From Paramicrosporidium saccamoebae KSL3 (lineage: Eukaryota > Fungi > Cryptomycota): 30,318 bases of DNA. The notes under the pieces are model-generated. The model did not search any database. It had not been told where the DNA came from and was given only the letters and a program-made list of their open reading frames with translations. The stretch spans positions 5,683 through 36,000 of the forward strand of contig MTSL01000168.1 in NCBI GenBank assembly GCA_002794465.1. The letters run 5' to 3'. Each line of letters starts with the position of its first letter. Position 1 is the first letter of the stretch. The position numbers and the translations under genes are program-made. Below are positions 9,695-19,747 of this stretch, in pieces.

Positions 9695-9822
9695 CTGTGA
9701 TCACTGACTTGTCATAAAGGTCAACAAGTTCATACTCTCAAAGTATCATCTGAAAGGGATTGGCTTATATGCGCCGTGGAGTAGTAGGCCTATTAACTCT
9801 AAGAGTTTTACATAGGAGATTC

Positions 9823-10425
9823 ATGACATCAAACGCCTCGGTATGCATTATATCAAGTTTAATCTCATTGCCATAGACTGCCGTATCAGTGCTAGTGACG
9901 GACCCTTCCTACGTCAAGACCCGCTCAGATTTTGACGAAAATATCCTCCCCGACACCTGCGGGGACCCTACACACAAAACACCTGGCTCCTACGTGCGTC
10001 TCCCTCTCACCTCTACCACCTGGGAGTCTCTCCGAAAGCCGCAGCAGTTCCTGCGTCCCAGTCCTGAAAGTGACGAAATGCTGTTCGTATTGGGAGACCT
10101 CCACCCATTGCAAGAGTACGAGTACGTTGGATCACACCACACAGACTCTGGGTTGACGGCAATATTGCGAGACGATGCTTATGCGGGCGAGGATGCAGAG
10201 CTGGACTGGTTAGAGTTGGTGGCGAGGACACTGGAGAACCCGCGGGACGGCGCCATTGATGTGGATGATTTCTCCCCTCTCGACTTTTGTGGCAGTGTTC
10301 CAGAGGAGGAATCTGCTGTGGCCGTCTTTGGAAAACGCAATCCCGCCAATGGAGGCTATGACAGTGTAGTGATGAGGGCATGGTGCAAGGCCTTTCCCAG
10401 CGTAGAATCAGATCTAGAGTCTTAA
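9823..10425 (+). CDS. Hypothetical acidic protein; join(9823..9840,9877..10425), ~188 aa
   Basis: ATG at 9823, canonical 36-nt intron 9841-9876 (GTATGC...CATAG) joining in frame to the 178-codon ORF. No family recognised. Confidence 0.65.
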
Positions 10426-10641
10426 TTAAAAGTGTGCACGAGCGTGATTTAATATCAAAGATGCAGTCCCGACTACACCGTGTCTAATGTCGGATGACCC
10501 TCAAGCCGTATTTAGAGTTGCCTCTTTGCGAATACTCCCACCACGCAACACAAACCCTCAACACCGGACTCTAGCAGAGACTAAACCTTGTTATCGACAC
10601 CTAATTAAAGGCTGATTGGTCGGATTTATTATTACGCCGCA

Positions 10642-12121
10642 ATGTGTCCTACTTTGACAGAAGAATTGGCCCATAGTCAGGGCTCCATCTACCAGGACGC
10701 ACGTAGCGACATGGAGATATTCGAAAAAGGCCTTGATAAAATATTGTCGACAGTAGACCTTTCAACAACAGAGCTCAGCCCCGCCGAGGTGGATACTTCG
10801 CGGAAGATTCGGAAAAAGTATGGATTGGAGGAGCTCTGCCAGACTGACGATTCCTCCATCTGTCTTTCACGACATAGCAGCTCGGGACGAGACCATGGCC
10901 AGGAGATTGCGATTCTCCACTCGACGCTGCATTTGCTGACTCGCCGTTTCCTGGAAGAGCTCGTGTCGGGAGGAACAGTGGAGAATGAGCATCCGCTACT
11001 GGAGCCGTTCCTGGCCGTGCTAGAGGTCATGCTATGGCATGGCTGGCAGGGCAGCTTTTTGGGACGAAGGAGTATTTGGGGACTGGTCCGACGGACGAAT
11101 AGCGGTGCAGTGGAGAATGTGCGACAATGGGAGGGGTTGAAGAGTAGTGCAGGGAGAGTACGGGCCTGGATCCGACTAACAATCATGAACAAGACATTGG
11201 CTACCGATCTAACCCATCTCATCAACTCTGAGGGCGCCTTGATTGCGTATGAGCATCATGATGTTTTCAATGTGTAGGGAATGTTATGATGATTGGGCCT
11301 GTATGAGATCCGACGAATTCCAGCCCATGTTAGCACTCATCAGCACACTGGACGCCATCGATTTTAATCTGTTTGTCAAGGAGGAGGAGATTGCCAAGAC
11401 TGGCTTTACCGACGACTGGAGTGGATTATTTGCGGGGAATCAGTTGAATTTTGACCGGCTAACTCCCCCAGTGCGTATTTCACTGAATTTGCTGCGGGTC
11501 GGGTCGATGAAATCCCCCTCAATGGGAAGCCTTCTCAGTCAGGGAAAGGGTAACGATGACGATTTGGTAATGCAGCGTCTAATCGCCCTGAATGACGAAA
11601 ATGCGCGACTGCGAAGGTCGCTGGTTGCACAAATAAACCAGCGCGCATACTTCCAGGAGGAATACCGACGGGCCCAAACACGCTGTGCTGCTGCTCTCCT
11701 AGAAAGTCACACCTTTTACGAAGACAATGGGATACTACAGCGACGCGTCAAGGAGTTGGCATCGTTGATTGAAGTTCATGAACGAACAAATGAGGCATTA
11801 CAGGAGCAACTTGCAGATGCCTACAATGACGACACGGGCGATAGGGAGCAGGGTAGGAGAATGCGGGACACAATCAATCGACTGGGAGCCGAGTTGGAGA
11901 CGGAACGGATGCACCACAAAGCGGCCCGTTCTGAACTCGATCAGCGGGAAAGCAGTGAAACGTCAGCAATAGAACAGCTAAAGAGCCAGTTGGCCGAGTT
12001 ACGGGAATGCGAAGACTCGTGGACTGATCGTGTCAAAATGTTGCAAGAACAGCTAAAGCTGGCCAACAGTCTAAAAGAGGAATACAAACGACGTCTGAAA
12101 TCTTCCAGTCCCGATCCATAG
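10642..12121 (+). CDS. RUN-domain plus coiled-coil protein, RUFY/RUNDC3-like, no FYVE; join(10642..11246,11278..12121), 482 aa
   Basis: A 31-nt intron 11247-11277 (GTATGA...TGTAG) restores the RUN domain: PFLAVLEVMLWHGW...SIWGLV...GRVRAWIRLTIMNKTL...LIAECYDDWACM...LDAIDFNLFVKEE. An E/Q/R-rich coiled coil follows. Confidence 0.85.
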
Positions 12122-12221
12122 ACATTCCGTTAATCTCTGTGACCTTTATTCCCATTATCTCTTACCCCCTACTCTAGATCTCCACGCACAAGTTACAAGT
12201 AAAACTTCTATTATACAACTG

Positions 12222-13307
12222 TTACGGCTTTTGGTATCCACCATGCACCAAATAAGTGTTGGGAAAGGTCTCTCGCAGCTTGGCCACCGAGTAGGAGCTC
12301 TTCCAATAATTCATGACAATCTCGGCATACACAAATTTGTGTATCACCTGACGCACCACCATAATATTCTCCAGATCGTAGAGGAACCGCCAAAAGTCTG
12401 TATCAAAGGAACGGTCCTTTCGGGGAGTGGCAGCCTGCACATATGGACGATAGTGGCGGATGTACCAGGCGCGGAATTGTCGATCTCCCACATTATACAG
12501 GGCATTGCCGTTCATGTGGAAATACTGCGGAGGATGGCGGGTAGCATAGACTCCCTTATTGTAGCCGCGATAGATGCTGCCCTTCATCCAGAAGGACGGC
12601 TGGGGCCAGCGCACCGAAGTGTCCAAGGCATTGAGCCAGTTGCTGCGGATCGGATAGCAATCGGGTTCCATATAAAAGACGTACTGTCCGGGATACTGCA
12701 GCTTCACCTTGCCAACCAGCAGCTTTTCAATCATCAGACGGGTGCCCTTGTAATAAGTGTCGCTACTACCACTCAGATTAGCGTGTTGGATCTCAATGGA
12801 CTGGAAACAGGACAACACGTCAGAAGTCAGATTGGCCACGGCAGCCTGGAGACGCGCCTCCAACTCGGCAATATACGCCTTTTTCTTCGAATCCGCTGAA
12901 CTGTACAACACCAAATGATATCCTGTGAGAGGAGAGGCGGGCTGTCCCTCTCGACTGCAAGGTGGAAAGGTTTGCCACAGTCGCAAATTCCCCTCCACTC
13001 GACCCACTTGGCTGGTGTGGAATGGCATCACCACGTGTGTTAGACGCTGTCCATGGTACGTTGGATAATTGTCACTGCATGTGCCGTTGCCATAGTGTTG
13101 CACACATTGCTCCCCACTGCTCAAATTCATCACTGGACGTCCATTGCTGTTTCCAACGTGCAGCATGCGTCCCACATCGAGGTCATCCTCCTCCTCCAGG
13201 ATCATGGCCAAACGACGGTAGAAGCGCTCCCCCACAAACAACACATTGGCCGCTATACTAAAGTACAGAATCAGCACGGTTGTCCGTCGCTGTAGAATGG
13301 GCAACAT
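12222..13307 (-). CDS. Array paralog P1: type II membrane, putative GT-A glycosyltransferase-like protein, motifs intact, 361 aa
   Basis: First in-frame ATG at 13307 (the ORF track uses a TTG). N-terminal TM; LTHVVMPF, WQTFPPC, YVFYMEPDC, FWMKGS, HMNGNALYN, FDTD, HGG. The functional call is inference. Confidence 0.8.
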   Translation of the reverse strand: MLPILQRRTTVLILYFSIAANVLFVGERFYRRLAMILEEEDDLDVGRMLHVGNSNGRPVMNLSSGEQCVQHYGNGTCSDNYPTYHGQRLTHVVMPFHTSQVGRVEGNLRLWQTFPPCSREGQPASPLTGYHLVLYSSADSKKKAYIAELEARLQAAVANLTSDVLSCFQSIEIQHANLSGSSDTYYKGTRLMIEKLLVGKVKLQYPGQYVFYMEPDCYPIRSNWLNALDTSVRWPQPSFWMKGSIYRGYNKGVYATRHPPQYFHMNGNALYNVGDRQFRAWYIRHYRPYVQAATPRKDRSFDTDFWRFLYDLENIMVVRQVIHKFVYAEIVMNYWKSSYSVAKLRETFPNTYLVHGGYQKP

Positions 13308-13407
13308 TGGCACGTAATGAGAGGGATTAGACTTTCTAAACAAAACATCACATTGCCTTATTGGGACGGCGAGGAAATCTGTCTGGATCGGGAAGGGGCG
13401 GCTGACA

Positions 13408-14466
13408 ATGGCGGCGAAAGGGAAGAGTCGGACCTGGCCCGCTTATCTTGTTCTGCTAGCCAGCACCACATTGAATGTGCTGCTTCTTGTGCAACTCTTT
13501 AACAAGAATGCGTCTATGGATGAGATGGTGTGGCAGCCCGTGTACCGATCCTGGCCAGGATGGCTGTCACTTGTCCGTCCAGACATGAAGAATGTGGACC
13601 TCACCAAACTGGATGCTCCACCCACCCATCGCGGCAAGCTCAGTCACGTCTTGTTCACCATGAGGGACACTATGGAGGATTTCATCGAGTTTCAGGAAAC
13701 ACTGGAATATTGGAAAAAGTATCCGCCCTGTCTGGTCGACTCTTACCCAACCAATACGGAACAATCAGATATTTCCCTGGTAATATACTACGACGCAAAG
13801 CCAGCCCGAAAGACGCTAAGAAGAATTGTCCGCGCCTTAAACAATCTCCCGTCCCCAGTTAAATCGTGTTTTGCTCAAGTTCAAATCCGTCACGCGGGCC
13901 TAATGCCCCTTCATTCTCTTATTCCTGAGGCTGAACGGGCGCAATGGCGATCCGTCTTTACATCACTCCTCACCAATACTGCTGCTATAGAGGCCCCCAA
14001 CCATGTGCTGATCCTTTCCAGCGCCTGTCGACCCGTGCAGCCCGATTGGCTGAATCATGTGGACTACCAGACTCGTCCCCCGAATGAACATGCCTGGATC
14101 CGCGGAAGTGCCTTTCTTGGCTACACAGAAACACTGCCCACCAGTCTGGGGGAGTTGGTACGCATCTCACCCGCAGGACTATACTTTCTCGGCGACTCGA
14201 GCTTTGCACAATTCTACATGACACGGGTGAGGCCGTGGTATCAGACCACCGAAGCTCCTCTAGGCGAATTCAATGATCGCTGGGCACTGGACATGGCTGC
14301 ATATCTTGCACGCGATACAGATGAAGGTGATTGGATGGCCGTTACTCATCAATTCCGCCATGCCAGCTTCATTGCCGACTATAGCGGACGAACTGTTTCC
14401 TTGGAACAAATCCATCGTGACCGTCCTGACACGGTTCTCGTTTGTGCTCGCAATATCGTCCCCTAA
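13408..14466 (+). CDS. Array paralog P2: same family, putative catalytic motifs degenerate, 352 aa
   Basis: TM, LSHV, YWKKYPPC, SCF, WL...TRPP, WIRGS are retained. EPD is replaced by SSA, HxNGNA by RISPAG, DTD by ALD, HGG by CAR. Confidence 0.8.
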   Translation: MAAKGKSRTWPAYLVLLASTTLNVLLLVQLFNKNASMDEMVWQPVYRSWPGWLSLVRPDMKNVDLTKLDAPPTHRGKLSHVLFTMRDTMEDFIEFQETLEYWKKYPPCLVDSYPTNTEQSDISLVIYYDAKPARKTLRRIVRALNNLPSPVKSCFAQVQIRHAGLMPLHSLIPEAERAQWRSVFTSLLTNTAAIEAPNHVLILSSACRPVQPDWLNHVDYQTRPPNEHAWIRGSAFLGYTETLPTSLGELVRISPAGLYFLGDSSFAQFYMTRVRPWYQTTEAPLGEFNDRWALDMAAYLARDTDEGDWMAVTHQFRHASFIADYSGRTVSLEQIHRDRPDTVLVCARNIVP

Positions 14467-14759
14467 TAAAGTCATTTTCATTACGAGCTCCAGGTGTGAT
14501 GTAAGGGCTGATTAGCTGGATATTTGTGTGCTAGGACGCGAGACGTGGTGGGTCAACCCGCTATATTTAAGGCCTAAGAACTCCCATTGGTTGCTACGAT
14601 CTGACGGCGAGCCTTGCCCCATAAATGAAAACGATATTTAATAAAAGGGGCTCTCGCTTGAAGTGTCACAATAAGGGGTTCCTGCACCCAGGCCGTTGTA
14701 TCACCACGGAACAGAACGCATCAATTAGCTGGGTATTTGAAGCCAGTGAGCAAGATTTC

Positions 14760-14799
14760 ATTTCGCCTCATTTCGCCCCATTTCGCCTCTTCTCGCCCG
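14760..14799. repeat. 10-nt tandem repeat ATTTCGCC(T/C)C, ~4 copies, upstream of P3
   Basis: ATTTCGCCTC ATTTCGCCCC ATTTCGCCTC TTCTCGCCCG. Confidence 0.7.
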
Positions 14800-14933
14800 A
14801 ACGAGGCCATTGGATTAACGATGGACGAGATTTCTTAATACGTGGTATTCTCCCCACTACGCGACATATGCATGCCCAAATCGGGCTAAATTCATTTTCC
14901 TTATATCGTGTTTACCGCTGGGAAAATCCGATC

Positions 14934-16040
14934 ATGATGAGGGACGTGATAGTAGAGGGATTGTGGACCATTGCCACGATCATCTCCATTTCTATCAACT
15001 TTCATCTCCTGGGCATTGTACTGGAGCGGCCCGAAAATCCCCGTGAATCCACTGCCCCACTCTCGCGTTTCCCAGTCCCCGCAGTGCCGGCCAAACAAGC
15101 CCGTGACAACACAACGGATGCCTTAGTATCCGCTTCATCATTAGCCTTTTCCCCCAAGGACCTTGAAGGACTGCCAAAATTTACGGGAATGCTCAGTCAT
15201 GTGGTTCTCGAGGTGGGCGAAGGCAAGGATGAGGAAGAAAAGATCAAACGTCTGTTTGAATATTGGAGCAAATTCCCGCCCTGTCTGTTGGCTTCGAATC
15301 CCACTAATTGGAGTCAGTCCGAGATTACCTTTAGCATGTTGTTACGTGGCACTCGGGAGGCCAAGAAAGTGGAGCAGCTGAAGCAGCTCTTTAACACACT
15401 GCCCAAGACGGTGCGCGCATGTTTCAAGACGTTTGAGATTTTGCAGGCTGGATTGCCAGACCTCAAAAATAATCGGCTGGAGACATTGCGGGATGACTCC
15501 CGGAAACTCTTCTCCGCCATCATGCTGAATAGCATTAAACTGGAAAAACCCAATCATGCGCTGTACATTTCGGCCGACTGTGTGCCAATCCAGCCCAATT
15601 GGCTGAATTTGGTGGATTATCGCACTCGTCCGCCGAACGAGCCGTTCTGGATGCAAGGCAGCGTGTTCCGTGGCCAGCGTTCCGAGTGGACGCGAAACAT
15701 GGCATCTTTTCTGCATCTGAGTCGGTATTCAATCTACAATCTGGATGATGCTGCCTTCAGGACGTGGTATCTTCATAGCGTAGTGCCCTACACTCGGGAA
15801 GTGCCCATCCCCCTCTATGACTTTGGCCGGTGGGATATGGATTTGGCCCATTATCTGGCCGATGTTGGCCGGTCAGTAGACTATCAAATGGCTGCCTCAA
15901 AGTTCCGTCTGACCAATACAATTCTGAATCAGTGGAATGTCACCATCAACATTCCCGAAATTATATCACGTGAACCTGATGTGGCCATTGCGTGTGGGAT
16001 TGTTCCTGAATTGATAAAACAAGTTCTTGAGACGCAATAA
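14934..16040 (+). CDS. Array paralog P3: same family, motifs degenerate, 368 aa from ATG 14934
   Basis: TM directly after ATG 14934; YWSKFPPC, ACF, WLNLVDYRTRPPNEPFWMQGS. EPD is replaced by SAD, HxNGNA by HLSRYS, HGG by CGI; DMD is retained at the DTD position. Confidence 0.8.
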   Translation: MMRDVIVEGLWTIATIISISINFHLLGIVLERPENPRESTAPLSRFPVPAVPAKQARDNTTDALVSASSLAFSPKDLEGLPKFTGMLSHVVLEVGEGKDEEEKIKRLFEYWSKFPPCLLASNPTNWSQSEITFSMLLRGTREAKKVEQLKQLFNTLPKTVRACFKTFEILQAGLPDLKNNRLETLRDDSRKLFSAIMLNSIKLEKPNHALYISADCVPIQPNWLNLVDYRTRPPNEPFWMQGSVFRGQRSEWTRNMASFLHLSRYSIYNLDDAAFRTWYLHSVVPYTREVPIPLYDFGRWDMDLAHYLADVGRSVDYQMAASKFRLTNTILNQWNVTINIPEIISREPDVAIACGIVPELIKQVLETQ

Positions 16041-16066
16041 ATTCTGTTATGTAACTGAATAATATG

Positions 16067-16205
16067 GAATTGGGACTCGACTGAATCAGGGAATTATCAC
16101 TCGACTAAATCAGAGAATTGTGACTTGACTAAATTAGAGAATTGTCACTCGACTGAATCAGAGAATTGTGATTCGACTAAATCAAAGAATTGTCACTCGA
16201 CAGTA
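16067..16205. repeat. 24-nt tandem repeat, ~5.8 copies, with alternating (48-nt higher-order) structure
   Basis: Units start GAATT at 16067, 16091, 16115, 16139, 16163 and 16187; consensus GAATTGT[CG]ACTCGACT[AG]AATCAGA. Confidence 0.9.
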
Positions 16206-16302
16206 CCAAGTCTATTATAACATTGCGTATCGAAAATTCAACAGTTTTGTGAACAGACGGAATAAAGAGGACATTGGTGCGTCCATTGGGTTATTTATCC
16301 TA

Positions 16303-17277
16303 ATGAGGAACACGGTTAGACATGTGTTGCTCTTCTCTGTCATTCTGAACGTTTTGCTGCTAGATTTATCAGGATGGAAGAATGTCACCCAAAAGCAAAG
16401 AAATGGTTCGCTCCCGTTGCTCCATCCAGCCAACTGTTTGGCGGGTTTTGACGCACAGAACATTCGAATGCGACAGTATGCCTATCGAGCCCGTCTTACC
16501 CATCTGGTCATTGTTTTCAGCAAGCGTCAGATGGCTGACTTGCAACGTCTGCTCCACTCCTGGGTCAGCCATCCACCCTGCAAAGCCGACGTCCCGCGAC
16601 CCCTCGGACCGTTGGGAAGGAATATCCATTTGGTGTTGCACGTGTCCGAGTCCAGGAAAATAGCGAGAATCCAAGCCAAATTGGAGGTCATGTACAAAGG
16701 GCTACCGCCCGCGATTCAAAAGTGTTTTCAGGACATGTCGGTGAGTTTTGGAGAATTGGATAATTCCCACGCAGTGGAATACGATTGGGGACGATGGATC
16801 CTCTTTGACCATATGGTGACAGGCTATCTGGGCATTATTGATCCTTCCTACGTTTACTACATGAATGTACACACCCGACCAGTGGCATCAGGTTGGCTTG
16901 GCACTCTTGATTCGCTCTGTCGATGGCCCAGTGCTCCATTCCTCATAAAGGGCACCATGATGGCTGCTCAAAATACAACCCATCCACCCCACCTGAGCGA
17001 GGAGGCGCTATACTACTTGGGAAGTTCTGCCCTACGATTGTTCTATCTAAACTACATATCGCCTCTCATCGCCAGTGGGAAGGACCATTTTGTAGAAGAA
17101 TGTATTACGCGCTTTCTTGATGATCCCACTCAACAGGAAACTTCGTCACAGGTTGCGCATCAAGTCCAATACACTGACGTGTTATCCTTTGCGCACAATT
17201 CGCCGTTCACTGTGCAACAATTGTTAGTGACGCGACCGAACACAGTACTAGCCAGGGGATATGCTGGGCAGATTTAG
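16303..17277 (+). CDS. Array paralog P4: same family, motifs degenerate, 324 aa from ATG 16303
   Basis: TM, RARLTHLV, WVSHPPC, KCF, WL...RWP...IKG are retained. EPD is replaced by NVH, HxNGNA by HLSEEA, DTD by VEE, HGG by RGY. Confidence 0.78.
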   Translation: MRNTVRHVLLFSVILNVLLLDLSGWKNVTQKQRNGSLPLLHPANCLAGFDAQNIRMRQYAYRARLTHLVIVFSKRQMADLQRLLHSWVSHPPCKADVPRPLGPLGRNIHLVLHVSESRKIARIQAKLEVMYKGLPPAIQKCFQDMSVSFGELDNSHAVEYDWGRWILFDHMVTGYLGIIDPSYVYYMNVHTRPVASGWLGTLDSLCRWPSAPFLIKGTMMAAQNTTHPPHLSEEALYYLGSSALRLFYLNYISPLIASGKDHFVEECITRFLDDPTQQETSSQVAHQVQYTDVLSFAHNSPFTVQQLLVTRPNTVLARGYAGQI

Positions 17278-17461
17278 AATAAAGCCATTGTAGTTCTTGG
17301 ATAGTGTCGTGAATTATGGATCGTAGATAAAGGAATAAGGGATAAAGGATAAAGGGATATCTCTCCACCTGTCCAACTTGGTGAAATTGACTTTGTGGAC
17401 TTTGTTCGACAATTAGAATAAACATAACTATATTTGGAAGTGATTCTGGATACGGAACTGG

Positions 17462-18934
17462 ATGGAAAAGTATCATCGTGCAGTTCAAACAGTTTTGGTG
17501 CTGAATCTGGTGTTTTGTGCCCTGCTCCTTCAGCAATTGTTCTTTGTCGCTAAACCGGAGCAGCATGGCAAACTAAAGAGAGTGAAAAATTCCGGCTCGG
17601 AAGGGAGGACCGAGTTTTCAAACAATAGGCCGATATGGAATAACGCGGCGGAACTATTAGGCAGGGTTAATGTGACAGAATTAACAAGTGGAAATAACAT
17701 GAAGGAATCGTTGGGGAGAAATGACGTGACAGAATCATTGGGAGGAGATGACCTGACAGAATCATTGGGAGGAAATGACGTGACAGAATCATTGGGAGGA
17801 AATGACGTGACAGAACCGTCAGGAAGAAATAGCATGCAGGCATCATTGGGAAGAAATGACGTGATGGAATCACCAGACGGGATTAATGTGACGGAATCAC
17901 CAGACAGGATCAATGTGACGGAATCACCAGAAAGGATTAATGTGACGGAATCATCAGGCATGATTAACGTGACGGAATCATCAGGCAGGAGTAACGTGAT
18001 AGAATCAACAGGTAGGAGTAACATGACAGAATTATCCGGAGGAAATGACGTGACGGGACCATCAGACAGTAATGACCCACCAATGGGTGATATTGTGCTA
18101 AAGTCTCCACAACGACTACGAGATGTCGTGATTCCCTTTACAACGGGTCAAGTCTCGCGCGTATTTGAACAGTTTGACAGCTGGCGTAGTTTCCAACCCT
18201 GTCCAACCGTTCCTCCAAAGGGATCGTTGCCAGAAGGCTATGAATTCTACATGGCCAACCCAGACGTGGGTCGTAACATTACCCTCACTTTGGCGCTCTC
18301 CGGATTGGATGATCCAGGAGTCCGGAAGACGCTGTTGGATCGATTCCACAGTCTGCCCAAGGCCACAACCCAATGTTTCCGGGAGGTGCGGGTGGTCTTT
18401 GCTAATCTGACTGGCTCAGAGGACAGCTATCTGTCGGGTGCACGCAACATGGTGGAAGCTATGATGCGCAACGACTTTTATCTCGATGACCCATACTATG
18501 TGCTGTACATTGAGCCGGATTGCAGACCATTGAAGCGCTATTGGCTCGCCGCAATGGATGCCATGACGAGGCCGCCCACTGCTGATTTTTGGATTAAAGG
18601 CTCGTTGTACCGTGGTACCAGTCGAGGTGTCATTGAGAACGAGGTTTATGCGCGCCATCTCAACGGTAACGCAATATATCGGGTTGGCGATCCCGAATTC
18701 TTAAAGTTTCATTTTGACAAGGTGGTACCACATCCGGGATATAGAAGCGGCTATGACACGGATCGATACCAGTACTTTGCCGATCGGCGCGACGAGGTTT
18801 TAGGAGTTCGTCACAAGTTTGTCTACAGTGATTTCATCCAGAACATGTGGCATTACGAATACAGCCGGGCTCAATTACTGGCCGCCTCGCCCTACACCTT
18901 TATCACCCATGGGGGCTCTCCCAAACCGGAGTAA
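17462..18934 (+). CDS. Array paralog P5: same family, motifs intact, long repeat stem, 490 aa
   Basis: TM, repeat stem, then YVLYIEPDC, FWIKGS, HLNGNAIYR, YDTD, THGG. Confidence 0.82.
   Translation: MEKYHRAVQTVLVLNLVFCALLLQQLFFVAKPEQHGKLKRVKNSGSEGRTEFSNNRPIWNNAAELLGRVNVTELTSGNNMKESLGRNDVTESLGGDDLTESLGGNDVTESLGGNDVTEPSGRNSMQASLGRNDVMESPDGINVTESPDRINVTESPERINVTESSGMINVTESSGRSNVIESTGRSNMTELSGGNDVTGPSDSNDPPMGDIVLKSPQRLRDVVIPFTTGQVSRVFEQFDSWRSFQPCPTVPPKGSLPEGYEFYMANPDVGRNITLTLALSGLDDPGVRKTLLDRFHSLPKATTQCFREVRVVFANLTGSEDSYLSGARNMVEAMMRNDFYLDDPYYVLYIEPDCRPLKRYWLAAMDAMTRPPTADFWIKGSLYRGTSRGVIENEVYARHLNGNAIYRVGDPEFLKFHFDKVVPHPGYRSGYDTDRYQYFADRRDEVLGVRHKFVYSDFIQNMWHYEYSRAQLLAASPYTFITHGGSPKPE
17654..18058 (+). 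repeat. Coding 27-nt (9-aa) tandem repeat x15 in the P5 stem
   Basis: LLGRVNVTE, LTSGNNMKE, SLGRNDVTE, SLGGDDLTE, SLGGNDVTE x2 ... SPDRINVTE ... LSGGNDVTG; spans exactly 15 x 27 nt. Confidence 0.9.
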
Positions 18935-19136
18935 TAGAACATTGTGTAGTGCATGTAATGTGTACGACGTATAGGATACATTTGTGAGTTTCAATTACTT
19001 GTTACACTGTTTTTTAATGTAGTCTGGGCGATTGACAATGAAAGGCATTTTTGCCACTACCAAGCATACTGTCCCACCCGCCATCTACAATGTACGCAAT
19101 TTACAATAACAACCCACCCTATCGCCCATATGACGT

Positions 19137-19747
19137 CTATAGTCCAAGGAAGGAAAGCTGGGTCTCGAGCGGCATAATCTGCGCCATAAGCTTTTCAGTC
19201 TTGATGGCCAGCGCCAAAAACAGTTCATCGTTGGAGGCAGTCGTCTCAGGAGCGGTAAATGCAGTGTTCTTGCGGCCAACTACCCCCAGGTTGTAGTCGA
19301 TCAGCAATCGACATTGCGGGGGGGGTTGTGGGACGGTAGGGGCACAAGATCAGGGGAATTAAGATGTTTGAAAATGGTTTGTTGGGTGGCCGCATCATAG
19401 AGTCCCAGGGTCTTACGAGAATAGACCAGAAGGACGAGTGACCGACCCTCCTCATAATCGACGGGCCATTGGGTAATTACGGGGACTTGCATTTCGTCAT
19501 CAGAGAGACGCCTGGGGATGAGATGCCGACTGTTTTCATCCGAATTGACCCAATCCTGCATATTGTACGCCACCTCCAAGTCGGCAAACTGCAAACCATA
19601 TTCACTCTTACTACCTTTCATTTGCACAGTTGGCGGCATCACCAACACTACTCGTCGTACTGAAAGCCGTGCCAACAGAGCAATCGTTTCAGCAAAGTCT
19701 TCGCGATTACAGGGCACCACCTCGTTCAGTGCATCCCATTCTTTGTA
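19137..19747 (-). pseudogene. Probable C-terminal continuation of the DxD GT-like gene, past an in-frame TGA and a C8 frameshift (or spliced exons)
   Basis: In the same frame as 19748-20509, an open frame continues after the TGA (YKEWDALNEVVPCNREDF...) to the C8 run at 19318-19325. One extra C would continue it as ...QCRLLIDYNLGVVGRKNTAF...SFLGL to TAG 19137-19139. There is no ATG near its 5' end. Confidence 0.45.

Noticed and set aside
14625-14933. 103-codon N-terminal extension of P3 (similarly 16168-16302 for P4, 23611-23661 for P8, 7522-7584 for MCCC2)
   Set aside because: Paralogs start just before the TM. The extensions cross repeats or promoter motifs, and several depend on non-ATG starts.
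17530-18024. Antisense ORF opposite the P5 stem, and the 220-aa + strand ORF 25118-25780 opposite HROB
   Set aside because: These are shadows of triplet-period coding repeats and of real genes on the other strand.
19318-19325. Programmed -1 ribosomal frameshift at CCCCCCCC (or at AAAGGGG, 20512-20518)
   Set aside because: Neither is a canonical slippery heptamer (YYY should be AAA or UUU) and I could not identify a downstream stimulatory structure. It is kept only as an indel or splicing question.
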